The notes under the pieces were generated by a model. It made no database searches. It saw only the letters and a program-made list of their open reading frames with translations, and was not told the DNA's origin. Shown here in pieces: positions 1 to 7,484 of a stretch of 64,000 nucleotides of DNA (within the stretch, counting starts at the first letter, position 1; each line of letters starts with the position of its first letter). The translations under genes and the position numbers were made by a program. Location: the NCBI GenBank assembly GCA_028284865.1, contig JANQQV010000017.1:261545-325544 (forward strand). The letters run 5' to 3'. This stretch comes from Rhodothermales bacterium. Lineage in GTDB: Bacteria; Bacteroidota; Rhodothermia; Rhodothermales; UBA10348.

Positions 1-282
1 AAAAAGGAATGTCGAAGCCAGGAGCCCGGCAATTCCAATGGCGCCAAATGCCATCACGCGACGGTCCTTGTGCCGACGGCAGCCGATTCCGAAGGCGATC
101 AATGCCATGGGTATGACGACCCACAAAATGGCGCGGTGGAAGGCTTCATCCTCCAACATGACGGCGGGGATGACGCTTCCTGCAACCAGCAGGCTCGGAG
201 CAGCGACACAGTGGACAGCGCAGACGAGGGAGCTGAACGCTCCGATGGCATCTGCGAATGATTCGACTTTCAAGGACTTCAT
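1..282 (-). CDS. MerC-domain membrane protein, N-terminal part (gene continues past the left edge)
   Basis: Absent from the ORF track because there is no stop in the window. My own reverse-complement translation from the ATG at 282-280 gives MKSLKVESFADAIGAFSSLVCAVHCVAAPSLLVAGSVIPAVMLEDEAFHRAILWVVIPMALIAFGIGCRRHKDRRVMAFGAIGIAGLLASTFLF. It has hydrophobic helices, a CxxHC motif in helix 1 and E..H..L followed by G...H, as I remember for Bacteroidota MerC-domain proteins. Plus-strand ORFs 38..364 and 70..261 are its shadows. Confidence 0.6.
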   Translation of the reverse strand, partial: MKSLKVESFADAIGAFSSLVCAVHCVAAPSLLVAGSVIPAVMLEDEAFHRAILWVVIPMALIAFGIGCRRHKDRRVMAFGAIGIAGLLASTFLF

Positions 283-316
283 TTCAACAAGCAGTGAGTA
301 TGGCGGGTGGATACTC

Positions 317-346
317 AAAACGGTCCCCGCCAGGGAGGACCGTTTT
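317..346 (-). terminator. putative intrinsic terminator hairpin after the DUF3299 gene
   Basis: AAAACGGTCC, a 10-nt loop, then GGACCGTTTT form a perfect 10-bp inverted repeat. On the minus strand the stem is followed by TTTT. It lies 43 nt downstream of the stop at 389-391 and upstream of the MerC-like start at 282. Confidence 0.45.
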
Positions 347-388
347 GATGGCCTTCAATTCTAAGTATTTCAGCGGTGCTGTGTTGCC

Positions 389-820
389 TCAGTTCTTGAC
401 GGGCTTGGCTTCCACAACACGGTAGAGCAACCCGTAAGGGTCGTCTTTCAGGACTACAAACTTGCCTTCCACTTCAACCGTGTCGTACGTGAACTCCACG
501 CCTTCTTCGGCCTGAATTTCAGCGATGGAATTCGGTCCGCCCGGCATATGGAAGTAGCATCCGTCGCCAGGGAAGGCACTGATAAGAAAATTGGTCTGCA
601 TCTCGGAAAAATCGAGCGGGATCATGAACCCGGACAGCTTCACGGTCTGACCGTTCAAGGCTTCAACGTCCTCGGTGAACTGGGGCGTGTAGGTCGTGAA
701 ACCATCTACAACCGTTTCCTCCCAATCAACCTCGGCAAGTGTGTCCCAGCGGACATTTTCCTGCGCGGCGGCAGAAGAGGTGAATGCGAGCAAGAGAAAC
801 AGAGAAAGCAGTCTAGTCAT
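389..820 (-). CDS. secreted DUF3299-family protein (143 aa)
   Basis: The ORF track gives 389..1027, but the upstream part overlaps the permease gene. I moved the start to the ATG at 820-818, which gives MTRLLSLFLLLAFTSSAAAQ, a signal peptide. The mature part carries GFMIPLD and FLISAFPGDGCYFHMPGGPNS, as remembered for DUF3299 proteins that accompany FtsX/MacB-type ABC pairs. It begins 13 nt after the permease stop. Confidence 0.7.
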   Translation of the reverse strand: MTRLLSLFLLLAFTSSAAAQENVRWDTLAEVDWEETVVDGFTTYTPQFTEDVEALNGQTVKLSGFMIPLDFSEMQTNFLISAFPGDGCYFHMPGGPNSIAEIQAEEGVEFTYDTVEVEGKFVVLKDDPYGLLYRVVEAKPVKN

Positions 821-833
821 GGTTCTGATACGT

Positions 834-2111
834 TTAACCCTCAGCGAGGACCGAGGAGATATCGGTTCTGTAGGCCTGGTAGGCTGGAATGAGCGATGCA
901 ATAAGACCGGCACCGAGCGCGAGGACCACAATCCATCCCTCTCCGGGGACGATCGCAAACCCGTCAAGCGCCATTCCTCGGCTTTCTTGAACGGCTGAAG
1001 CAAGGATTGCCGCAGCCGTATGTCCAAGAATTAGTCCAAGAATTGTTCCCATACCGGAGAGGATCAGCCCCTCCAGCAGGACATGGGACATGAGCTTGAT
1101 GCGGGACGCGCCAAGGGTCCGCATCATGGCAAGATCGTAGCGACGCTCTTTGAGCGCGTTGATCAACGCTACAAATACGGCAAGCAAGGCGGCCAAAATG
1201 AGGACAAGACCGAACACGCGAAGCGCGTCAAATCCTACACCCAGCATGTTGAACAGTCTGGCTGTCTCGTAAGCAGGTGCCGCTGCCTGAAGATCAGTCT
1301 CGTTGTTGACCCAGCGAGGGAAAACCGCCGCCGCCATCGGAGACGAATACGAAATCAGGATAGCCGTGTACTCGGCTTCTGCCGCTTCCGCCTGTCGACC
1401 GGGCGTCGGACGCGAGTCCCTGACGGGAGCCGCTTGCTCGGCTTCTTCTTCATGGGCGTGGTCATCTTCACTGTGTTCGGTATCATCGTGCTGAATGCCG
1501 TGAACCAGCCAGACCGTCTCGATACTGGTCAGGATCAGCTGATCCATCACCGTGCCCGTTTCGGCCAGGATACCGACCACTTCGACCGGGTTGTCAGCGT
1601 GTTCTTCGCCGTCATCGGCACTGTATCCGTGCGAGCTCGCGAAGGTGTCACCGATCCCAAGACCAGTCTCTTTGGCTACACGAGCGCCAATGGTGGCCTC
1701 GCGGTTTCCTTCCCACAAACGGCCTTGATCCGGAGCGGCTTCGTAGTGAGCGGGATAATCCACTGTCGTTCCGACGACGCGGAAACCCTGATACGAATCG
1801 CCCAGGGCCATCGGAATGGCTTTGCCGACCGCGCGGTCATTCATTACGCGCTCAGCTTCGTCCAACGCAATGTTGCCACTGGGAGCGTCGATGTGATAGA
1901 CCGCAGACAGAATCAGCTGCATGGGGCTGCCCTTCGCACCGACAACAAGGTCGATTCCGCGGGAATTGTTAGACAGGTTGTCGCGAACCTGTGTGCTCAA
2001 AATCAGCAGCACAACGATAGTCGCGATTCCCAACGCCAGAACGAGCACGTTCAGGACGGTGCTCAGCTTACGCTGTTTGATGTAGGAAGCACTGAGACGG
2101 AACAGATTCAT
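834..2111 (-). CDS. ABC transporter permease, FtsX/MacB-type (425 aa) with a His/Asp/Glu-rich periplasmic insertion
   Basis: It has an N-terminal TM (LSTVLNVLVLALGIATIVVLLIL), a large extracytoplasmic domain and a C-terminal FtsX-like TM bundle (ALRVFGLVLILAALLAVFVALINALKERRYDLAMMRTLGASR). It overlaps the upstream ATPase gene by 4 nt. The insert is HGIQHDDTEHSEDDHAHEEEAEQA. Confidence 0.85.
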   Translation of the reverse strand: MNLFRLSASYIKQRKLSTVLNVLVLALGIATIVVLLILSTQVRDNLSNNSRGIDLVVGAKGSPMQLILSAVYHIDAPSGNIALDEAERVMNDRAVGKAIPMALGDSYQGFRVVGTTVDYPAHYEAAPDQGRLWEGNREATIGARVAKETGLGIGDTFASSHGYSADDGEEHADNPVEVVGILAETGTVMDQLILTSIETVWLVHGIQHDDTEHSEDDHAHEEEAEQAAPVRDSRPTPGRQAEAAEAEYTAILISYSSPMAAAVFPRWVNNETDLQAAAPAYETARLFNMLGVGFDALRVFGLVLILAALLAVFVALINALKERRYDLAMMRTLGASRIKLMSHVLLEGLILSGMGTILGLILGHTAAAILASAVQESRGMALDGFAIVPGEGWIVVLALGAGLIASLIPAYQAYRTDISSVLAEG

Positions 2112-2758
2112 GCTGACACCTCCACACCGGATTCGATGACGAGCGTGTTCTCAAAGGAATCGACGATTCTGCGATCGTGCGTAGCGACTGCAAGCGTCGA
2201 TCCGTTCGCGTTTGCTTGAGAAATGAGTAGCTCCAGAACTTTTTCGGCGCGAATGTCATCCAGGCTGGCCGTCGGCTCATCAGCCAGCAGCACCTTGGGC
2301 TTGTTCATTACCGCCCTGGCGATAGCGACTCGCTGACGCTGCCCTTGGGACAACTCATGCGGATAGGCGCGCACTTTGTGGTCCATATCCAAAGTTGCCA
2401 GGACCTCGCGGATGCGATCTTTCGCTTGAGGCAGGTCAGCTAGGTATGGCGCCATCAAAAGGTTGTCTTCGACCGTCAACGTCGCCAGCAGGTGCATCCG
2501 TTGAAACACGATTCCAATATTCCGACCTCGGAATCGATCCAGTGCATTCCCACCCAAACTGACGAGGTCAGCTCCAGCCACGGATACTGAGCCTTCTGTG
2601 GGTTTTCGCAGACCCGCAAGGATGTGAAGCAATGTGGTCTTTCCGCTACCCGAATCTCCCAGGATCAGTTGATGGGACCCTTGTTCTGCATGGAAGTGGG
2701 GGAGGTCCAGAACGGTCTCAGCGCCGTAGCGATGTTTGACGTTGGACAGGGTGAACAT
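2108..2758 (-). CDS. ABC transporter ATP-binding protein (LolD/MacB-type ATPase, 216 aa)
   Basis: Walker A is GDSGSGKTT, the signature is LSQGQRQRVAIARA and Walker B is VLLADEPTASLD. Confidence 0.92.
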   Translation of the reverse strand: MFTLSNVKHRYGAETVLDLPHFHAEQGSHQLILGDSGSGKTTLLHILAGLRKPTEGSVSVAGADLVSLGGNALDRFRGRNIGIVFQRMHLLATLTVEDNLLMAPYLADLPQAKDRIREVLATLDMDHKVRAYPHELSQGQRQRVAIARAVMNKPKVLLADEPTASLDDIRAEKVLELLISQANANGSTLAVATHDRRIVDSFENTLVIESGVEVSA

Positions 2759-2939
2759 GGTGGTAGAAGGTTGGGCTGACGGGGTCGGGTCGAAAACAAA
2801 CCCCTGGGGCCGTTTCGGTTCCGCCTTTCTGTGTCAGCTTTTAGTGGTTTCGTTTCAGTCGAGTTGTTCGATTCTGCTGTATTCGAGTCGGCAACGATGA
2901 GTCCAAGAAGACCAGCCCCGGGAGGTAGATCAGGGCCGG

Positions 2940-5198
2940 TCACCAGATGAACGTATGCGAGTACTTGATCAGGATGGCACGGCGTGACGACCGGGGAAGG
3001 GGGATCTGGTTTCTATGATCAATGTCCGTATTGATGCCTTCGTCATAGACGATCCACAAATCATTCCCTTCACGCGGGTTGTAGCGGATTCGCGCATTGA
3101 TGTTGAAGGTCTCCTGAAGCGTGTTGTACTGCAGGAAAGCGGTCGCGGAGAGCTTCGAATTGGCTGCCGCCTGAATGCGGAGCCTTGCAAGGTGGGTCGT
3201 CAGTTCCTGATCCCGGTCTCCAAAACGAATGACATTCAGCTCATAACCGGGGCCCAACTCGAGATGCTTGGACAGATTCCAGTCAGAAGACGCCTGGATG
3301 AGGGTTCTCCATCCGTCATAGAAGGTACCGGACTTGAACGTGATCGAAGGCCGGAAATACCAAGCATCCGGAGAGCTTGCAGCAAGCCAGGCGTTGTGGA
3401 AGGTATAGTCGTCGGCAGGGACTTCTACGTCGGATGAAAGCGAGAATGCAGCATCCACGCTTTCGTACCAATGATCGGAGGAGATCAGCAGCGTCGCGCC
3501 GGTTTTGGTCTCCGCGAACCAGAACGGGTGAACCCAAGTCGTTTCAACTTTATTGCTGCTGTTCTGCCAGTAAACGTAAGTCCAGTTTCCCCACCATACG
3601 CGCCGGAATCGGGAGTCTTCGCCTTTGAAGGACTGGTACTCGATATCGGGACTGAAGTACGTATATCCATTTCGCCGAATAAAACCGACCTCTGGATTGT
3701 AGTCCTCTCCCGAGCGGATGAACTCGAAGTCGTAGCTCCACCCGCTGATGTTGCGCCGCTGCCAATTGACGAGAAAGTGGGAGGACTCGAGCAAGTCAAA
3801 CTCAGTCTCAGCGTGATTATCGTCGTGATCGTGATCTTCCGGGCCATGATCATTGTGATCGTCCGGCTCGTGATCCACCGTCTGCGCAAGCTTGATGGTC
3901 AGGAATTCTTCGCTCGTGACGTTGAGGATGGTGTCGAAGCCGTACGCCAGATTGCGCTTTCCGTCCTGATCAATGCGGGATGTGAATATGCCGCCGACTG
4001 TGGAAAGGGGGTTCAGGACATTTCGACGCGCGCGAGCCACACCAAAATTCTCGGAGGGAGTGGCTCCCTGTTCGGCTGTTTGGAGATTCACCAGGCCCAG
4101 ATCCCACTTGCCGACTCGGCCCACCAGGCGACCGCCTCCCAACATGGGGACAGGTCGGCCGTTGGCCAACCCAATGCGCCGACTGTGGAACAGACGCGTA
4201 CCGCCAGCGCCGGTGCCGAACTCGAAAATCCCGCTTCGTTCCTGGAAGAAGCGTCGTTTTTCCGGGAAGAAGAGCGAAAATCGTGTCAGATTGATCTGCT
4301 GGTCGTCGGCTTCAACCTGGGCAAAATCCGTGTTGTAGGTGGCATCCAGGGTGAGGTTACTGGTGAGGCTGTATTTGACATCCAGCCCGAATTCGCCCGT
4401 TCGAGAGATGTCACCCTCATAGTCCATCCCGGACTCATCCAGCATGGGAATGCGTTCCGCTCCTCCCAATCCGTATGGCGTGACATAGATGGGATTGCGA
4501 CGCTCGATGTCACTTAGAACCACGTCCTGAGACAAGGATGGCTTGGTGAAGCCCCGCTCCCAGTTTGGCGGAATATCAGGGTAGATATACCGGTGATTGT
4601 TGGTCATCCAACGATAGGTTGTGAGCCCCATCTCGACCCGTTCGCCATCTGATTGGAAGCCGAGACTGGTGAACGGAATTCGCATCTCAGCGAACCAACC
4701 TTCTTCTGTGATCGAGCAGGCCGCGTCCCAAAACGTGTTCCAGTCCTCGTTCTGTGAACGACGGCCCAGGGCAGCATCGTCAGAGATGGAGAGGTCGGCG
4801 CGCGTGCATAGCGGCATGACGTAAAACCAAAGCGCATTCTCGTTGTCGTTAAAGGTGTCCAGGAGAATGGCAAAGGTCTCATCTCCGCTCCATCGATCGC
4901 GGTAAAGGGAATTGGCGCGGAGATTGGAAATGTCTGAGTGGTAGAGGCGCCCCGAGACATAAACCGCCTCATTGTCGTAGCCGACCCTGATTTCTGTGCG
5001 CTCGGTGATGGTGCCTTTGTAGGTGGGGCCGTACATGACGAGCGGGAAGGGATCAATAGCCTCCCAAGCAGCCTCGTTCACAACGCCATCGAGTTCAATG
5101 GGTCCAGACAGTCGTGGCAGCTCAACGGCTTCCCGTGCGGTCTGAGCCAAGGCCGAATGGATTGGAATGAGAATCAGAAATAGGGTGACTATGATCAT
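2940..5198 (-). CDS. CBM9-like / DUF5916-family predicted outer-membrane protein (752 aa)
   Basis: The ORF track gives 2940..5300. I moved the start to the ATG at 5198, which gives MIIVTLFLILIPIHSALAQ, a signal peptide. The N-terminal region ELDGVVNEAAWEAIDPF looks like family-9 carbohydrate-binding modules. The long beta-rich C-terminal part ends in the aromatic sequence HTFIW, typical of OM barrels. It has an internal His/Asp-rich loop, DHEPDDHNDHGPEDHDHDDNHAETE. Confidence 0.75.
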   Translation of the reverse strand: MIIVTLFLILIPIHSALAQTAREAVELPRLSGPIELDGVVNEAAWEAIDPFPLVMYGPTYKGTITERTEIRVGYDNEAVYVSGRLYHSDISNLRANSLYRDRWSGDETFAILLDTFNDNENALWFYVMPLCTRADLSISDDAALGRRSQNEDWNTFWDAACSITEEGWFAEMRIPFTSLGFQSDGERVEMGLTTYRWMTNNHRYIYPDIPPNWERGFTKPSLSQDVVLSDIERRNPIYVTPYGLGGAERIPMLDESGMDYEGDISRTGEFGLDVKYSLTSNLTLDATYNTDFAQVEADDQQINLTRFSLFFPEKRRFFQERSGIFEFGTGAGGTRLFHSRRIGLANGRPVPMLGGGRLVGRVGKWDLGLVNLQTAEQGATPSENFGVARARRNVLNPLSTVGGIFTSRIDQDGKRNLAYGFDTILNVTSEEFLTIKLAQTVDHEPDDHNDHGPEDHDHDDNHAETEFDLLESSHFLVNWQRRNISGWSYDFEFIRSGEDYNPEVGFIRRNGYTYFSPDIEYQSFKGEDSRFRRVWWGNWTYVYWQNSSNKVETTWVHPFWFAETKTGATLLISSDHWYESVDAAFSLSSDVEVPADDYTFHNAWLAASSPDAWYFRPSITFKSGTFYDGWRTLIQASSDWNLSKHLELGPGYELNVIRFGDRDQELTTHLARLRIQAAANSKLSATAFLQYNTLQETFNINARIRYNPREGNDLWIVYDEGINTDIDHRNQIPLPRSSRRAILIKYSHTFIW

Positions 5199-5531
5199 CC
5201 CCGCCCGACTGCCGTCGTAGAAGCGGACGAATGAGGCACTTGAGTCTATTGAAACCGGGAAAAAGCGATTACGCGTACGACCAGACGGACGTGTGAACAT
5301 TGTGGTGCGGGGTGGCGCTCACAAATCGAGGTCTAAGCGTCGATCGCGAGCAGTTGGCAGAGGCGAGATTCGCGCAGCCCATGCAGGGGGGAGAGAGAAT
5401 CAGGCGATACAGGATCGATAGGAAGGGTTGATCCAATACCAGATGTGCTGTGCCATGCACCCACAAGACGGCACTCCTGCGTCAGGGGTGCCGTTGTCCG
5501 AGTAAGAATGAGTCGGACAGGCCGGTCAACC

Positions 5532-5876
5532 CTAAGTTGACGGCGGGCCTCGCGCACCAGTCGCAAAAACATCCCAAAAAGTCGGGACGTCGAGACCTTC
5601 AAGGAGAACTGACTCGCTTGGAAGGACAGAAGAGAGAGATGCTGTGTGTCCCACCAGACCTTGCGCAGCAGCGGTCAGCTCGCATGTTGGGCAAACGAGG
5701 TGCTCTGCGTCGACGACAGGCTGTTCACCGATCGGGACGGACACGTCTTCCACGCCATGGTCTTCATGCGAAAGGACGACCAAATGCGCCAGCTGATGCG
5801 AAGACGCCGAAAGGAGCCCAACTGCAAATAGAAGCGCGCCGAGGCGAAACAGGATATGTCGTTGGACCTTGATCAT
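5532..5876 (-). CDS. small exported protein, DUF2946-like (114 aa)
   Basis: The start is chosen at the ATG at 5876, giving MIKVQRHILFRLGALLFAVGLLSASSHQLAHL, an N-terminal hydrophobic segment followed by HxxxH. There is an internal CPTC pair and the C-terminus is ARGPPST. This pattern (N-terminal TM, His residues, CxxC, terminal R-x-P-P) is what I remember for DUF2946 proteins of metal-uptake operons. The call is by memory only. Confidence 0.4.
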   Translation of the reverse strand: MIKVQRHILFRLGALLFAVGLLSASSHQLAHLVVLSHEDHGVEDVSVPIGEQPVVDAEHLVCPTCELTAAAQGLVGHTASLSSVLPSESVLLEGLDVPTFWDVFATGARGPPST

Positions 5877-6052
5877 GGTGTTCCATCCCGGCTCATCCAG
5901 CGATTTGGCAGGATATAGAGCGGGAGCCGCGGCGGAAAGCACAGCGGGTGATCGAAACTACGAAAAACCTCCAACGAGGATGCAGAGCAAGCCGGTTGCC
6001 GCTTTTGGTTCAGGAGCTAGGATCAAGCATTCCGAAAAGCGGTTCGGCCGAG

Positions 6053-6961
6053 ATGCGCGTTTCCTACACCACAGATTACTTCGTTCCGCTTCCTGAGAAG
6101 CACCCATTCCCGATGGGCAAATTTCCGGCGCTCCATCGCACGCTGCTGAACGAAGGGCTGATCACGGAGTCGGACGTAGTTGCTCCGCGCGAGGTCGATT
6201 GGGCAGATCTGCTGCTGGTTCATGACCGTGCCTATCTGGACGCCTTGGCGCACGGCACGCTGACCAAGAAAGAAGAGCGAAAGATGGGCCTTCCATGGAG
6301 TCAGGCGTTGGTCAAACGCTCCCGTCACGCCGTTCAGGGTACGATGAATGCGGCGTACATGGCGCTGGAGGACGGCATTGCAGCGAACTTGGCAGGTGGG
6401 ACCCATCACGCCTTTCCCGGCCACGGCGAAGGGTTCTGCGTGCTGAATGACGTAGCGGTGGCCATTAGGGCACTGCGCCGGGCGCGCTGGATTCGCCGGG
6501 CAATGGTCATCGATCTGGATGTTCACCAGGGAAACGGGACGGCAGCCATCTTTGAGTCAGATGATGACGTGTTCACCATGTCGATTCACGGCGAAAAGAA
6601 CTATCCGTTCAAGAAGGTGAACTCAACGGTCGACATCGGTTTGCCTGATGGCACCGGGGATGATGCCTACATGGCGACGCTCGAGCCAGCCGTTGTCGGC
6701 GCGTTGAATCAGTTCGAGTGCGACCTCGTGATCTATCTCGGAGGGGTCGATGTGTTGGAAGGAGATCGCTTTGGTCGATTGTCGCTGACGCGCGAAGGTC
6801 TTCACCGGCGAGACCGGTTTATCCTGGAAGAAGTTGTGGGTCGGGAGATTCCTTTGCTGTGTCTGCTTTCCGGCGGCTATGCGGAGTCCCCCGAACGGAC
6901 GGCGGACCTGCATGCGACTACACACCGGGAAGCGGCGAAGTTGTCGCTTTCTCCGGCCTAG
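6053..6961 (+). CDS. histone deacetylase-family (class II-like) deacetylase (302 aa)
   Basis: Motifs are GGTHHAFPGHGEGFCVLNDVAVA, DLDVHQGNGT and LGGVDVLEGD. The start is moved to the ATG at 6053 (MRVSYTTDYF). Confidence 0.85.
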   Translation: MRVSYTTDYFVPLPEKHPFPMGKFPALHRTLLNEGLITESDVVAPREVDWADLLLVHDRAYLDALAHGTLTKKEERKMGLPWSQALVKRSRHAVQGTMNAAYMALEDGIAANLAGGTHHAFPGHGEGFCVLNDVAVAIRALRRARWIRRAMVIDLDVHQGNGTAAIFESDDDVFTMSIHGEKNYPFKKVNSTVDIGLPDGTGDDAYMATLEPAVVGALNQFECDLVIYLGGVDVLEGDRFGRLSLTREGLHRRDRFILEEVVGREIPLLCLLSGGYAESPERTADLHATTHREAAKLSLSPA

Positions 6962-6992
6962 AAACCGGCTTTTCTGCCGGGTGGGTCCCGGT

Positions 6993-7070
6993 CCATCAAG
7001 CGTTCGTTTCCACCCGGGTCGCTACCCAGGCCCATCAAGTGTTCGTGTCCACCCGAGTCGCCACCCAAGC
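6993..7070. repeat. 39-bp tandem duplication (2 copies, 34/39 identical) spanning the DoxX stop codon
   Basis: Copy A (6993-7031) is ccatcaagcgttcgtttccacccgggtcgctacccaggc. Copy B (7032-7070) is ccatcaagtgttcgtgtccacccgagtcgccacccaagc. Copy B encodes the last 11 codons plus the TGA of the minus-strand gene. Copy A would encode an almost identical ...WAWVATRVETNA-stop. Confidence 0.9.
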
Positions 7071-7412
7071 CCACCACATCAGGACGCCTTGCAGGGGCAG
7101 CCGGAAATAGAGAAACCAGACAGGCACTTCGGCGAAGTCAGCCGGATTCAGCGCCATATGCAGATTGGCAGGAAAGACGCCAATCATGATCAGAATCATG
7201 AAAAGGCCTGATGCTTTTCGAAATCGCACGACGAACACGCCCAGCCCCGCGACGACTTCCAACACTCCGGACAGGATTACCAGTTCGAAATGCCACGGCA
7301 GATAAGGCGGCATCATCTCCAGATAGAAGTCCGGATTGATGAAGTGATTGACGCCTGCGGCAATGAACAGCAGTCCGAGGCCGTAGAGTGAGACGCGTTG
7401 AAGGGTAGTCAT
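7035..7412 (-). CDS. DoxX-family membrane protein (125 aa)
   Basis: It is a four-helix small membrane protein: MTTLQRVSLYGLGLLFIAAGVNHFINPDFY...PANLHMA. The start is set at the ATG at 7412. Confidence 0.7.
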   Translation of the reverse strand: MTTLQRVSLYGLGLLFIAAGVNHFINPDFYLEMMPPYLPWHFELVILSGVLEVVAGLGVFVVRFRKASGLFMILIMIGVFPANLHMALNPADFAEVPVWFLYFRLPLQGVLMWWAWVATRVDTNT

Positions 7413-7484
7413 AAGGGTTGAGTCGTTCTGGCGATTCAGAACGAACATACGCCGCAACCCCATGGATCGCTGACGAACAAGGTC

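Noticed and set aside
1083-2219. A 378-aa plus-strand ORF antisense to the FtsX-type permease gene.
   Set aside because: This is a shadow ORF typical of a high-GC, stop-poor sequence. Its translation is Arg/Gly/Val-rich with no motifs, whereas the minus-strand frame has clear ABC permease features and operon-style overlaps.
3471-4517. A 348-aa plus-strand ORF antisense to the DUF5916 gene, plus several smaller ORFs across 2969-5183.
   Set aside because: They are antisense or alternative frames of a well-supported 752-aa gene. They show no signal or domain motifs.
5450-5872. A 140-aa plus-strand ORF opposite the DUF2946-like ORF.
   Set aside because: It is Arg/Lys-rich and featureless. The minus frame has a plausible export signal and a Cys/His pattern. 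Neither frame can be proven without expression data.
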